A stretch of DNA of 31,480 nucleotides from Thermoanaerobaculia bacterium (GCA_036395335.1 DASWDK010000176.1:1-31480); one strand, 5' to 3'; positions 1-10,302 are shown, numbered from the stretch's first letter. Numbers and translations: made by a program. The notes: generated from the letters alone by a model not told the origin.

Positions 1-897
1 TCCGACGACGAAGGGCCGGGCGGAGCGCTCGGCAAGAACCCGCCGGGCGGCGTCGCCGTCTCCTACTGGCTGAAGGAGAAGCCGTCCGAGAAGGAACCGC
101 TCACGATCGAGTTTCTGGACGGCGAAAAGGTCATCCGCACCTACACGACCGAGAAAAAAGACAAGGACAAGGAGGAGTCGGCGGGGCCGGGCGAGGACGA
201 GACCGCCGACAAGCCAATCGAGGCCAAGGCCGGCGTGAACCGGTTGACGTGGGACATGCGGATCCTGAAGCCTGCGCTCATCCCGAAAGCCGTCGTGTGG
301 GGAACGCGCCAGGGTCCCCGCGTCGCGCCCGGCAGTTACAGCGTCCGGTTGAAGTACGCCGGGGCGACGCTCACGCAGCCCGTCGAGGTGCGCCGCCATC
401 CCGAGGCGTCCGCGAGCGACGAAGACCTGAAGAACCAATTCCGGCTGCTGTCGGACGTTCGCGACCGGATCGAGGAAGCGCACGACGCCGTCGCGAGAAT
501 CCGCGACGCGAAGGCTCAGGCACAGGCGATCGGCGAGCGCGCCGAGAAGCTCGGCAAGGGGACGGCGCTGAAGGAGAAGGGAAAGACTCTTTCCGAGAAG
601 CTGACTTCGATCGAGAAGAAGCTCGTCAATCCGGACCTGAAGTCGAACCAGGACGTCCTGAACTTTCCGCCCGCGCTCGACCACCAGCTGATCGGGATCG
701 CGGTCGCGGCCTCGTCGGCGGACTCTAAGCCGACGGACTCCTCGTGGACCTATTACAAGGAAGTCTCGGGCAAGCTCGCCTCGATCTTGGCGGAGCTCGA
801 CCAAGCGCTCGGCAAGGACCTCGCCGACTTCAACGCGCTCGTGCGCAAGGAGGAGATTCCGCCGGTCGTCGTGGTGTCGAAGAAGAAGAGCGGGTAG
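1..897 (+). CDS. C-terminal part of a large secreted glycosyl-hydrolase-like (BNR/VPS10 sortilin-type) protein, 5' partial
   Basis: Frame +1 is open from base 1 (SDDEGPGGALGKNPPGGVAVSYWLKE...) to TAG 895-897. The GVNRLTWDMR...GPRVAPGSYSVRL...QPVEVRRHP...DL..QF and SNQDVLNFP..LD..L segments match the typical C-terminus of this family. Family call is from recall. Confidence 0.7.
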   Translation, partial: SDDEGPGGALGKNPPGGVAVSYWLKEKPSEKEPLTIEFLDGEKVIRTYTTEKKDKDKEESAGPGEDETADKPIEAKAGVNRLTWDMRILKPALIPKAVVWGTRQGPRVAPGSYSVRLKYAGATLTQPVEVRRHPEASASDEDLKNQFRLLSDVRDRIEEAHDAVARIRDAKAQAQAIGERAEKLGKGTALKEKGKTLSEKLTSIEKKLVNPDLKSNQDVLNFPPALDHQLIGIAVAASSADSKPTDSSWTYYKEVSGKLASILAELDQALGKDLADFNALVRKEEIPPVVVVSKKKSG

Positions 898-902
898 CCC
901 GA

Positions 903-2312
903 ACGCCGGAAGAAAGAGAGGGACGGCGCTCGGCCGCGCTTCTCGCGGGGCTGCTGGCGCTGTCCCTGACGTCGAAGATCGTGTTCGCCTGGCGCTTCGA
1001 CGGCTTCCTGACCGGGGACGATCTCGAGATCGTCGAAACCGCGCTCGCCCACTCGACCGGCTTCGAGTACACGCCCTGGTCGCTTCGCAGCCTTTTCCAC
1101 CCGGTCGCCCTGGTCGCGCCCGCCCTACGGGTCGCGTCCTGGTTCGGACCCGTCTCGCCGGAAATCGCGACCTTCCTCGCGGCGATCCCGACCGCGCTCT
1201 TCTCGACGGCCGCGATCGCTCTCGTCTTCGCGTTTGCCCGCGTCCTCGGCGAGTCGAACAGCGTTGCCCTCGTCGCGGCGTTCCTTTATGCGGTCCACTG
1301 GCTGCCATGGGCGTATGGCGGAACTCCGTACCCGCGCCCGATCTCGGCCGCGTTCTTCGTCGCCGCGACCCTCCTCGCGGCGGCGAGCCGGCGGTCCATT
1401 CCCTGCGGGATCCTGGCCGGCTTCCTCGTCTCGGCCGGCTGCGCCGTCCGGTTCAGCGAGGGAGTCCTGATCCTTCCGCTTTTAACCTTCGCGTGGATCC
1501 GGTCGCGGGACCTGCGTCAACAGGGCGCGATCGCAGGCGGCTTCTTGGCCGGCGTTGTTCTTCTGCTCGGCGTGTTCGACGCGGTCACCTGGGGCCGGCC
1601 GTTCGCGAGCCTCTCGGAGTTCGTGCGCGTCATGCACTCGGGCTCGCCGCCACCGTCCGCGACGGGCGACAAGCCCTGGTATCAGTACGCGAGAAACGTT
1701 CTCCGCTGGGCGGGCCCGGTTCACCTCGGGCTGATCGCTCTCGCCGTCCGCGACCGGCGGCTGCGATTGCCCGTCACGCTGATCGCGTCGATCGTTCTGC
1801 TTCTCTCGCTCTTCCGTTACAAGCAGTACCGGTATCTTCAGGCGGCGATTCCGTTCGTGGCGATCGCCGCGGCGTTCGGCTGGGACCGGCTGCGGGCGAA
1901 GGCGCCCCGGATCGCCGGCGCTGCCCTCGCGCTCGCCGCCGTGTATGGAGCCCTTGCGAGCGTCCTCCTTCTCCGCGGGAAATCCCAACCGGCGGTCGCC
2001 GCGGCGCGGTCGCTCGCGCGGATGGATCCGCCGCCCCGGTCGGTGGCGCTCGAGCAGACGTGGGCCTACGGCGCGCAGCTGTACCTGCCGCGCGTGCGAA
2101 TCCGCGACGTCCCCCCGTCGCGGCCGCTCGACCCCGCGGCGCTCGCCGAGGCCGTCTCGGGCGTCGAGGCCGCGGCGTTCTATTCGAACGATCTCGATTC
2201 CGCGAGCCGGATCGCTCTTGCGGGGAGCGGCTTGCGCGAGGCGAGCACCTTCCGCCGGGACGACGGAAAACCAGTCACCGTCTTCCGACGCGTCACTCAG
2301 TCGGTCGAGTAG
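903..2312 (+). CDS. GT-C fold multi-pass membrane glycosyltransferase (PIG-B/Alg9-like mannosyltransferase); start uncertain
   Basis: About 10 hydrophobic segments. A DD acidic motif after TM1 (FLTGDDLEIVE) is followed by YTPWSLRSLFHP, which resembles the Alg9/PIG-B W..LRS..P motif; there is also a KQYRYL loop. Canonical in-frame starts are only GTG 744 (154-nt overlap with the upstream gene) or GTG 981 (loses TM1). Confidence 0.7.
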   Translation, partial: TPEEREGRRSAALLAGLLALSLTSKIVFAWRFDGFLTGDDLEIVETALAHSTGFEYTPWSLRSLFHPVALVAPALRVASWFGPVSPEIATFLAAIPTALFSTAAIALVFAFARVLGESNSVALVAAFLYAVHWLPWAYGGTPYPRPISAAFFVAATLLAAASRRSIPCGILAGFLVSAGCAVRFSEGVLILPLLTFAWIRSRDLRQQGAIAGGFLAGVVLLLGVFDAVTWGRPFASLSEFVRVMHSGSPPPSATGDKPWYQYARNVLRWAGPVHLGLIALAVRDRRLRLPVTLIASIVLLLSLFRYKQYRYLQAAIPFVAIAAAFGWDRLRAKAPRIAGAALALAAVYGALASVLLLRGKSQPAVAAARSLARMDPPPRSVALEQTWAYGAQLYLPRVRIRDVPPSRPLDPAALAEAVSGVEAAAFYSNDLDSASRIALAGSGLREASTFRRDDGKPVTVFRRVTQSVE

Positions 2313-3282
2313 CCCCGGCCGCATCGACCGCCGCGATCAGTCCACGCAGGTCGTCCGGCAGGGGAGCCACGATCTCCATCTCTTCGTTCGTTGCCGGATG
2401 GCGCAGGCCGATCCGTTCGGCATGGAGTGCCTGCCTCGGAAAAGTCGCCAGCGTCGAGCGCAGATTCGGATCACGGACGCGATCGAAACGCGGCCGGCCG
2501 TAGACGGGATCGCCGACGACCGGCAGAGCGACCGCCGCGAGGTGCACGCGGATCTGATGGGTTCGCCCGGTGACGAGCCGGCACTTGAGGAGCGCGATCG
2601 ACAGCTCCGGCCATTCGCGCTCGATCTCGTAGAGAGTGTGTGCCTCCTTCGCCCCGACCGGGGCGGTTTCCGTGCTCCGAAAGGCCCGCATTTTCTTACG
2701 GTCGCGCGGGTCGCGCCCGATCGGCAGTGCAACCTCGCCCTTTCGGACGCGAGGGAAGCCGGCGACGAGAGCGAGGTACTCCTTGCGCAGAGTGCGCTGC
2801 TTCATCTGCCTCGAGAGCGACGCGTGCGCGCGGTCGGTCTTCGCGACGAGGAGGACCCCGGTGGTATCGCGGTCGAGCCGGTGGACGATTCCCGGGCGAA
2901 GCTCTCCGCCGATTCCCGACAGATCGCGCACGTGGTGGAGCAGCGCGTTCACGAGCGTGCCGGAATCGTGACCGGGGGAGGGATGGACGACGAGCCCCGG
3001 AGGCTTGTCGATCGCAAGGATGTGCTCGTCCTCGTAGAGAACCGACAGGGCGATCTCTTCGGGCTCGATCGAGACGGCGCGAGGCTCCGGGACTTCCACC
3101 TCGACCTCTTCGCCGGCTCGAACGACGTGAGAGCGTTTCGCGGTGGAGCCTCCGAGCCGGACCGCCCCCTCGTCGATCAGCTTCTGAATCCGCGAGCGCG
3201 AGAGATCGGAGCAGGCGGAAGCGAGAAAGAGATCGAGACGGGTGCCTTCCGACGGGACGCCGACCCGGAAGCGGCGGATCAA
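2293..3282 (-). CDS. rluD: RluA-family pseudouridine synthase (RluD-like, N-terminal S4 domain)
   Basis: S4-like RLDLFLA..SRSRIQKLI.EG.V, IDKPPGLVVHP, catalytic GIVHRLDRDTTG, LVTGRTHQIRVH, RQALHA. TTG start 1 nt after the lgt stop. Confidence 0.92.
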   Translation of the reverse strand: MIRRFRVGVPSEGTRLDLFLASACSDLSRSRIQKLIDEGAVRLGGSTAKRSHVVRAGEEVEVEVPEPRAVSIEPEEIALSVLYEDEHILAIDKPPGLVVHPSPGHDSGTLVNALLHHVRDLSGIGGELRPGIVHRLDRDTTGVLLVAKTDRAHASLSRQMKQRTLRKEYLALVAGFPRVRKGEVALPIGRDPRDRKKMRAFRSTETAPVGAKEAHTLYEIEREWPELSIALLKCRLVTGRTHQIRVHLAAVALPVVGDPVYGRPRFDRVRDPNLRSTLATFPRQALHAERIGLRHPATNEEMEIVAPLPDDLRGLIAAVDAAGATRPTE

Positions 3283-3283
3283 C

Positions 3284-4069
3284 TCATGCGGGGGCGCTCG
3301 CCCGGCGCGAAAGGTAGATCAGCATTCCCACAGCCGCTGCGACCCCCACAAGCCCGATGAACTGGGATGTCGAGAGAACGCCGGGAATCAGGAACCCGCG
3401 GATAGAGTCGCCCCGGAACGTCTCGAGGATTCCCCGGGTGATCGCGTAGAGAAGGACATACAGCCAGAAGATTTCGCCGTCGAACGTCCGCCTCCGGTAG
3501 GCCCACTGCAGGATCAGGAAGATCACGAACGCGTTTGCCGAGAGGTAGATCTGCGTCGGGTGGAGCGGAACGTTCAACGGGGTGCCGACGGCCTCGTGGG
3601 CGAACGGATCGCGGAACGTCACCCCGAACGGGCCTTCGGTCGGCTTGCCGTAGCAGCAGCCCGCCGCGAAGCAACCCCAGCGCCCGATCGCCTCGCCGAG
3701 CGCGATCGAGGGGGCTCCCATGTCGGCGATCTTCCATGCCGGCAGCCGGTGCTTCCGCATGTATGCGATGCCGACGAAGGTTGCCGCGATCAGCCCGCCG
3801 TAGAAGACGCCACCGGAGCGGAGGACCTCGATGAAGTTGCCGGCGCTTTTCATGTAATGGCGCCACTCGACGATTACGAGGAGGAGCTTTGCCCCCAGGA
3901 TCGCGGCCGCCAGCACGTAGAGCGAGAAGTCGAAAATCTTCTGCTCCGGCAGTCCTTCGGCCCTGGCTTTGCGGCGGAGCATCCAGATCCCGACGAGGTA
4001 CGCGATCGCGAGAACGACCCCGTACGTCGGGATGTAGAACGAACCGATGCGGACGAGCCGGGGAAACAC
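3284..4069 (-). CDS. lgt: Prolipoprotein diacylglyceryl transferase
   Basis: IPTYG, GGVFYGG, IGRWGCFAAGCCYG, HPTQIY, RGILETFRGD, STSQ motifs; sits beside lspA. Confidence 0.93.
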   Translation of the reverse strand: MFPRLVRIGSFYIPTYGVVLAIAYLVGIWMLRRKARAEGLPEQKIFDFSLYVLAAAILGAKLLLVIVEWRHYMKSAGNFIEVLRSGGVFYGGLIAATFVGIAYMRKHRLPAWKIADMGAPSIALGEAIGRWGCFAAGCCYGKPTEGPFGVTFRDPFAHEAVGTPLNVPLHPTQIYLSANAFVIFLILQWAYRRRTFDGEIFWLYVLLYAITRGILETFRGDSIRGFLIPGVLSTSQFIGLVGVAAAVGMLIYLSRRASAPA

Positions 4070-4072
4070 GGA

Positions 4073-4606
4073 CTATCCGGAGCCGACGGAGCGCGCCTCC
4101 GCCTCGTCCTCGCGCTGGAGCATATCGAGGAAGAGAAGGGCGACCCCTGCGCAGATCGCCGAGTCGGCCAGGTTGAAAGCGGGCCAGTGGTGTCCGGAGA
4201 TCGAAAAATCCAGGAAGTCCACGACGTACGTGAACCGGACCCGGTCGAGGAGATTGCCCACCGCTCCGCCCAAGATCAAGGCGAGGCCGACCTGAAGCCG
4301 GACGCTCTTGTGCGACGACCGGAGCGCGTAACCGGAGACGATCAGGAAGACGAGCACCGCGACGCTGTTCAGCACGATCGCCTTGACGGAAGAGTCCACG
4401 GAAGCGAAGAGTCCGAAGGCGGCGCCCGAGTTCTGAACATAGGTCAGATCGAACAGGCCGGAAACGACTTCGCGCGACTCGTGGACCTGGAACGTGCGCA
4501 TCACGACGCCCTTGGTCCACTGGTCGGTCAAGAGGACAGCGAGGGAGACGAGGAAATACCCGGTGCGGTAGACCGCGCTCTCCTTCAGGCGCTGAAAGAG
4601 GCTCAT
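4073..4606 (-). CDS. lspA: Lipoprotein signal peptidase II
   Basis: [32 protein letters not shown] motifs. ATG 4606 overlaps the ileS TGA (ATGA); 177 aa. Confidence 0.95.
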   Translation of the reverse strand: MSLFQRLKESAVYRTGYFLVSLAVLLTDQWTKGVVMRTFQVHESREVVSGLFDLTYVQNSGAAFGLFASVDSSVKAIVLNSVAVLVFLIVSGYALRSSHKSVRLQVGLALILGGAVGNLLDRVRFTYVVDFLDFSISGHHWPAFNLADSAICAGVALLFLDMLQREDEAEARSVGSG

Positions 4607-7533
4607 CGCGTCAGACCGGCGGGCTCGGCCGCCAGGGCCTCGAGCGCCCGCCGGCAGCGAGCACAGATTCCATCCGGCTCCGCTTCCGGTGTCACTTTCC
4701 AGCACCGCTCGCAGCGCCGTCCGCGCGCCTTCGCGAACTTGAGCCGAAGACCGGGATAGGCCTGGGAGGCGGTAAAGCCGTCGTCCGTCGGCGCCGAAAC
4801 GACCGTCGTCTCCGACACGATGAAGATATCGGCGAGACCAGCGCCGTCCGTGCCGGTCGCGGCACGGTCGCTCTCGAGCGCCTCGTTTCGCGTCAGGACG
4901 ATTCCGCCTTCGAGCGAGGACCCGATCGTTTTCTCCCGCCGTGCGGCTTCGAGCAGCACGGCCGCCTCTTCACGCAGCTTCATCAGGCGGTTCCAGGCCT
5001 CTTCGGGAATGGCTTCTTCCGGAAGGTCATCCAGCCCGTCGAAACGCGCGAGGTGGACCGATTGTTCCTTCGAGCCGGGCAGCGCTTCCCAGATTTCCTC
5101 GGACGTGAACGGCAGCACCGGAGCGGCCAGGGTCGCAATCGAGCGCGCGATCCGGTTCATCGCCGTCTGCGCGGAGCGGCGTTCCGGGGAAGCCGCGGGA
5201 GAGGCGTACAGCCGATCCTTCAGCACGTCCAGATAGAAAGCGGAGAGCGTCGTCGCGCAGAAGTTGACGAGGGAATGGTACACGAGGTGAAACTCGTAGT
5301 CGCGGTACGCGTCGGACAGCCGCTCCGCGAGGCGTCGAGTCTGGTGGAGCGCCCACCGGTCGAGAGGCAGCAGGTCCTGCGGCGCAGCGGCGCCCGCGGC
5401 GGGATCGAAATCGTACAGGTTGGAGATGAGGTACCGCGCCGTGTTGCGGATCTTGCGGTAGGCCTCCGCGCATCGCGCGAGGATCTCGTCCGAGATCGGA
5501 TCGTCGTCCCGGTAATCGAGGCTCGTCACCCAGAGGCGCAGAATGTCGGCGCCGTACTTGTCGAGGATCTTTTGCGGCTCGATGACGTTGCCGAGAGACT
5601 TCGACATCTTCCGTCCGGATCCATCGACGACGAACCCGTGCGTCACGACCCCACGGTAGGGCGCCGCGCGGCAGAGCACGACCGACGTCAAGAGCGACGA
5701 CTGAAACCAGCCGCGATATTGATCGTGCCCTTCGACGTAGAGATCGGCGGGGGGGCCGTCTCCGCCCCGCGTCAACTCGGGCCATTCGCCGGAGCGGAGA
5801 ACGGCCAGATGCGAGACGCCCGAGTCGAACCAAACGTCGAGGATGTCGGTTTCGGCGACGAAGTCTTGCGGACGGAAATTCTTGAGATCGGCGCCGGGGG
5901 GGAGAAAGTCGACCGCGGGCCGCGCGTACCAGGCGTCGCCCCCTTCCCGCTCGAAGATCGCGACAACGTGCTCGAAGAACTTCTTCTGCTCTTCCGGGGA
6001 CTCTTTCCACGGATACACCCGCCGCTCGTCTCCGCGAGTCGCGTAGAGGAGCGTGATCGGTGAGCCCCAGCGACGCTGCCGGGAGATGACCCACTCGTGC
6101 CGGTTCTCGACCATCCCGGCGATCCGGGACTCTCCCCAGGCGGGCACCCACCGCACATGCCGGATCGCTTCGAGAGCGCCGGCGCGTACGTCGGCCAGGG
6201 GTTCGTCGAGCTGCACGAACCATTGCACGGTCGCTCGAAAGATCACCGGGTTCTTGCAGCGCCAGCAGTGCGGATACTCGTGGCGGAAGGCGGGCTCCAC
6301 GTGGAGGAGAGACCCGGCCGCGTCGAGGTCTTTCACGATCTCCGCGTTCGCGTCCAGGACTTTCTTGCCTCGGTATCGGGATACCGTCGTGAACCGACCG
6401 GCGGCGTCCACCGGAGACAGGATGGGCAGCTTTTCGCGCACGCCGGTCTGGAAGTCGTCCTCTCCGGCGCCCGGCGCGGTATGGACGAGCCCCGTCCCCG
6501 CGTCCATCGTGACGTAGTCGCCGGCGACGAAGCGGAAGGAGCGCGCTTCTTCCTCGGGGGTCAGATCCCCCCGCATCTCCTTTTCGAGCGGGTGGCGATA
6601 ACGGAGGCCGACGAGATCCGCGCCGCGTGCGACCCCGAGAACCGTCGCGTCCTTCCAGCCCACCCGTCGCGTGACTTCCGCCGAGAGCTTCTCCGCAACG
6701 AGGAAGAACCGTTTGCCCGCGCGGACGAGCTCGTAACGCTCCTCCGGGTGAACCGCGATCGCGAGGTTCGACGGGATCGTCCAGGGAGTCGTCGTCCAGA
6801 TCACGGCGAAGACCGGCTCGTCCTCGGTCCCGCTCGGCCGGTCCTCCTTCGGAAAGCGGTCCCAGACCTCCCGTGCCACGGGGAATGCCACGTCGATCGC
6901 CGGGTCGGTCCGCTCCTCGTACTCGAGCTCCGCCTCGGCGAGAGCCGTTCGATCGGCAAAGCACCAGCGGACGGATTTCAAGGCCTGGTAAACGAGATTC
7001 CGCTGAAAGAACTCCCCGAAGGCCCACGCGATCTGCGCCTCATACTCGCGGCTCATCGTCGTGTACGGCCGATCCCAGTGCCCGCCGACGCCGAGGCGCT
7101 GGAACTCCTCCCGCTGGATCGAGATGTATCGTTCGGCATAGTCGCGACAGGCTCGCCGAATTTCGACCGCCGACATCTCCCGTCTCTTTGCTCCGAGCTC
7201 CTGGTCCACCTTCCGCTCGATCGGCAGGCCATGGCAGTCCCAGCCTGGCACGTACGGAGCGTCGAAGCCGAGCATGGACCGGCTCCGCACGACGAAGTCT
7301 TTCAGGATCTTGTTCAACGCCGTTCCGATGTGGATGTTGCCGTTCGCGTACGGGGGACCGTCGTGGAGAATGAATCGGGGCCGGCCTGCCGCTGTCGCGC
7401 GCAGCGCCGCTTCAAGCCCGATTCTCTTCCAGGCGGCGAGCCTCTCCGGTTCCCGCCGAGGGAGGTCCGCCTTCATCGGGAACTCGGTCCTCGGGAGGTT
7501 CAGCGTCGCCTTGTAGTCGCCGGGAGTCGCCAT
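4603..7533 (-). CDS. ileS: Isoleucine--tRNA ligase (type 1)
   Basis: [63 protein letters not shown]-terminal CERCW...CARC zinc finger. Confidence 0.99.
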   Translation of the reverse strand: MATPGDYKATLNLPRTEFPMKADLPRREPERLAAWKRIGLEAALRATAAGRPRFILHDGPPYANGNIHIGTALNKILKDFVVRSRSMLGFDAPYVPGWDCHGLPIERKVDQELGAKRREMSAVEIRRACRDYAERYISIQREEFQRLGVGGHWDRPYTTMSREYEAQIAWAFGEFFQRNLVYQALKSVRWCFADRTALAEAELEYEERTDPAIDVAFPVAREVWDRFPKEDRPSGTEDEPVFAVIWTTTPWTIPSNLAIAVHPEERYELVRAGKRFFLVAEKLSAEVTRRVGWKDATVLGVARGADLVGLRYRHPLEKEMRGDLTPEEEARSFRFVAGDYVTMDAGTGLVHTAPGAGEDDFQTGVREKLPILSPVDAAGRFTTVSRYRGKKVLDANAEIVKDLDAAGSLLHVEPAFRHEYPHCWRCKNPVIFRATVQWFVQLDEPLADVRAGALEAIRHVRWVPAWGESRIAGMVENRHEWVISRQRRWGSPITLLYATRGDERRVYPWKESPEEQKKFFEHVVAIFEREGGDAWYARPAVDFLPPGADLKNFRPQDFVAETDILDVWFDSGVSHLAVLRSGEWPELTRGGDGPPADLYVEGHDQYRGWFQSSLLTSVVLCRAAPYRGVVTHGFVVDGSGRKMSKSLGNVIEPQKILDKYGADILRLWVTSLDYRDDDPISDEILARCAEAYRKIRNTARYLISNLYDFDPAAGAAAPQDLLPLDRWALHQTRRLAERLSDAYRDYEFHLVYHSLVNFCATTLSAFYLDVLKDRLYASPAASPERRSAQTAMNRIARSIATLAAPVLPFTSEEIWEALPGSKEQSVHLARFDGLDDLPEEAIPEEAWNRLMKLREEAAVLLEAARREKTIGSSLEGGIVLTRNEALESDRAATGTDGAGLADIFIVSETTVVSAPTDDGFTASQAYPGLRLKFAKARGRRCERCWKVTPEAEPDGICARCRRALEALAAEPAGLTR

Positions 7534-7547
7534 GGTCGAAGCCCGGA

Positions 7548-7556
7548 AAGATAGCA
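7548..7556 (-). promoter_or_regulatory. Putative extended -10 promoter (TG-C-TATCTT) for ileS-lspA-lgt-rluD
   Basis: The minus strand reads TGCTATCTT in the 45-bp acpS-ileS gap, 14 nt before the ileS ATG. Confidence 0.45.
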
Positions 7557-7578
7557 GGTGTCGACGCCCGTCTGTAGG

Positions 7579-7989
7579 CTACTCCTCGGTCACGAGGGCG
7601 ACGGCCGCGGCCGCCATCGTCCTGGTATGGGTGATCGAGACCTCCATGCTCGCGACGCGCAGTTGCCGGCAACGATCGAGCGCGCGTCCGTGGAAAGAGA
7701 GCGTCGGCTTCCCGCGTGGATCGCGCCCGACCTCGACGTCGACGAACGCGAGACCCCGCCACCCGGTGCCGAGTGCCTTCATCGCCGCTTCTTTCGCGGC
7801 GAACCGGCCCGCCACGTGCTCCGCCCGCGCCCGCGGATGCCGGCGACTCACCGAGACCTCACCCGGGCGGAAGACGCGATCGAGAAAACGGTCGCCCCAA
7901 CGTTCGAGCACTCGGGCGACACGGTCGACTTCGATCAAGTCGAGACCGAGGAGGACTTTCACCATCGAGCCCGCGGAGAAAGCTCTCAC
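7579..7989 (-). CDS. acpS: Holo-[acyl-carrier-protein] synthase
   Basis: GLDLIEVDRV, AGRFAAKEAAMKALGTG, VSITH. Start is either GTG 7989 (GTGA overlap) or ATG 7965. Confidence 0.95.
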   Translation of the reverse strand: MRAFSAGSMVKVLLGLDLIEVDRVARVLERWGDRFLDRVFRPGEVSVSRRHPRARAEHVAGRFAAKEAAMKALGTGWRGLAFVDVEVGRDPRGKPTLSFHGRALDRCRQLRVASMEVSITHTRTMAAAAVALVTEE

Positions 7990-9437
7990 TTCAGCCCGAA
8001 GAATCGCGCGATCCGCTGCCGCAAAGGGGTCCGATCCTCCGTTCGATCGGCCTCTTCCCCGCGCGCGGCTTCGAGGGCGTCGGCGGCGCGCTTACGCCGC
8101 TCCTGCATCGTCAGCTCGAGCATCCCGACGATCGAAGGATTCTCGCGGAGGATCGGTGACAGCGTCGCCTTGTCGATCTCGACGAGGGTCGCTTCCGTCA
8201 GCGCGCGGACGGTCGCCGTGCGTGGGTCGCCGGTCAGGAGGCTAATCTCTCCGAATGCGGCTCCCGGCTCGAGCACGGCGAGCCTCTGGCTCTGCCCGAC
8301 GCTCCCGTGAGCCGATACGCCGAGACGGCCCGCTTCCACGACGAACATCGAGGAACCGCGGTCTCCCTCACGCACGACCGTCTCGCCCGCAGCGAAGCGT
8401 CGCTCCTTCGCGCCGTCGGCGACGCGGCCCCGTGCCTCGTCGGAAAGCAAGGCGAAGAGATCGACGTTCGAGATTGCCGCCTCGATCGACGCGCGCCGGG
8501 ACGGAACGACCAGATCCCCCGCTTTGTACTGAAATTGGCGGATCACGGGGTAGGCGATTCGGATGTTCTCCCGGTCGAGCCGATACCACACGCGCTCGTG
8601 AATCTGCGAGTCGAGATCGAGGAACTTCGCGTAGTCCTCCAGCCAGAAGCGCAGCTCGTAGGAGATCGCGAAGTCATCGAAGCTCTTCACGTAAGCGATC
8701 GGTTCCGGATAGGAAGCGATTCCGGGCAGATCCCGGGCCGCCGCTTCGAGCGCGTCCCGGGCCGGCGCGGGCGGCTGGTCGTACTCGAGTCCGACCTTGA
8801 GGATTCGCGCAATCGGCCGACCCGGCCGCGGAAAGACCTCGAGGCGCTCCCGGCTCGCGACGCTGTTCGGGATCAACAGCACGTTGCCTTCCATCGTCCG
8901 CAGCTTGATCGCCCGCCAGGTGAGCTGCTCGACCGTTCCGAAGATCTCGCCGGAGCGGACCATGTCGCCGACCTGGACGGTCTTCTCGAGATGAAGGGCG
9001 AGGCCCGAGAAGAGATTCCCGAGCGTGTCCTGCAGGGCGAGACCGATCACGACGGTCAGAACGGCGGACGTCGCGAGAACGCCCGTCAGCTCGACCTGAA
9101 GGATCACCCGGAGGAGGATGGCTGCCGCAACTCCGAAGACGAGCAGCCCCACCAGCTGCCGGAGAAGCGCCGGCGCGGGAGTCTTGCGCCGCAGTCGAAA
9201 CGCGACGTCGAAAAAGATGTAATCGAATAGCCGGGTCACGACGACGGCCACGGCGATGCCGATCGCGAGGGCCCCGTAGTCGTGGTCTCCCCGTGCGTTG
9301 GTGGTCGGGACCTTGAGCGCCGTCAAGAGCAGCACCACGGCGATGACCGTTGCGACGAGCGCGAGCGGGCCGATCAGGCGCCGCACGAGAAGAGGGAGCT
9401 TTTCGCCGATCGGCTTGATCCGGTCGAGGGTTTTCAC
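7986..9437 (-). CDS. MscS-family mechanosensitive channel fused to a cyclic-nucleotide-binding domain
   Basis: N-terminal TMs; MscS core IGLALQDTLGNLFSGL..H.E..VQVGD, IPNS; C-terminal cNMP domain AGETVVREGDRGSSMFVVE.G...FGEISLLTGDPRTATVRA. GTG start overlaps the thiE-like stop. Confidence 0.9.
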   Translation of the reverse strand: MKTLDRIKPIGEKLPLLVRRLIGPLALVATVIAVVLLLTALKVPTTNARGDHDYGALAIGIAVAVVVTRLFDYIFFDVAFRLRRKTPAPALLRQLVGLLVFGVAAAILLRVILQVELTGVLATSAVLTVVIGLALQDTLGNLFSGLALHLEKTVQVGDMVRSGEIFGTVEQLTWRAIKLRTMEGNVLLIPNSVASRERLEVFPRPGRPIARILKVGLEYDQPPAPARDALEAAARDLPGIASYPEPIAYVKSFDDFAISYELRFWLEDYAKFLDLDSQIHERVWYRLDRENIRIAYPVIRQFQYKAGDLVVPSRRASIEAAISNVDLFALLSDEARGRVADGAKERRFAAGETVVREGDRGSSMFVVEAGRLGVSAHGSVGQSQRLAVLEPGAAFGEISLLTGDPRTATVRALTEATLVEIDKATLSPILRENPSIVGMLELTMQERRKRAADALEAARGEEADRTEDRTPLRQRIARFFGLK

Positions 9438-10045
9438 AACCGTCCGATCATTTCCACGACCGCGCGCGGATCGGCGGCCTCCTGAAAGAGTCGAATGGCG
9501 GCGATTCCCGACAGGGAGCTGCGGAACCGCGCAATCTCTTCGAGCCGCCGCTCGGCAATCCCGCCGATCGCAAAGATCTCCGCATCATGCGCCGAGAGCG
9601 GCGGAAGATCTTCCAGAACGCCCGGCCCGAGGGGCGCTCCGAACGAAACCTTGGAAGGCGTCTCGAAGACCGGTCCGATCACGACCAAGTCCGCGCCTTC
9701 GCCGATCGCACGGACTGCCTCTTCGACGGAGTGCGTCGAGACTCCTACTCGCAGCCCGCGGGGGGACGCCGAGCGGACGCGGGAAAGGGGCAGGCCGTCG
9801 GCGGGCAGGTGAACGCCGTCGGCCTTTGCCGCGAGCGCGACGTCGAGTCTCCGGTTCACGAAGAGAGGGACTTCCGAACCGAGCCTTTGGTGCGCCGATT
9901 CCGCCCAGCGCAGAGTCTCTCTGTCGGGCGTCCCCTTTTCTCGGAGCTCGACGGTTATGCCAGCTGCGCCGTAGAGGGAGTCGAGGAGCCGCTCGAAGGT
10001 GGCGTCTCCGATCGCGCGTCGGTCGGTCACGTAGAGAGACTTCAT
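9434..10045 (-). CDS. thiE: Thiamine phosphate synthase family protein (ThiE/TenI-like)
   Basis: LYVTDR, ELREK, ADGVHLP, GVSTHS, GPVFETPSK, AIGGI. ATG 10045 in an ATGA overlap; 203 aa. The upstream ORF extension to 10720 is not credible. Confidence 0.8.
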   Translation of the reverse strand: MKSLYVTDRRAIGDATFERLLDSLYGAAGITVELREKGTPDRETLRWAESAHQRLGSEVPLFVNRRLDVALAAKADGVHLPADGLPLSRVRSASPRGLRVGVSTHSVEEAVRAIGEGADLVVIGPVFETPSKVSFGAPLGPGVLEDLPPLSAHDAEIFAIGGIAERRLEEIARFRSSLSGIAAIRLFQEAADPRAVVEMIGRL

Positions 10046-10293
10046 CCGGCGGATCGATCGGGAACGGAGTCGTCCGACAGCTCCCGGGAGAGGACTCTCA
10101 GGTCCGACGCCCCGGCGAAGAGGTGAACGAGTCCGAGACCCGACACGAACCCTCGAAAGAAGCCGGAGCCGGTCCACCCGCTTCCACCCACGCCACCGGT
10201 CCACGGGCGAAGCAGAAGATAGACGCCCACGGCGGTGCAGTAGAAGACGAACAGGGCGCTGCCCAGGAGAGTCGACGGACGCAGGTCGGTCAT
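10042..10293 (-). CDS. Small two-TM hypothetical membrane protein (83 aa)
   Basis: MTDLRPSTLLGSALFVFYCTAVGVYLLLRPW...GFFRGFVSGLGLVHLFAG has two hydrophobic segments. Its stop is coupled to the thiE-like ATG, and a TACAAT box lies just upstream. Confidence 0.7.
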   Translation of the reverse strand: MTDLRPSTLLGSALFVFYCTAVGVYLLLRPWTGGVGGSGWTGSGFFRGFVSGLGLVHLFAGASDLRVLSRELSDDSVPDRSAG

Positions 10294-10302
10294 CGGATCG
10301 GG

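Noticed and set aside
7534-7578. T-box riboswitch before ileS (also checked before cysS)
   Set aside because: The gap is only 45 bp, and cysS overlaps def, so there is no room and no T-box motif.
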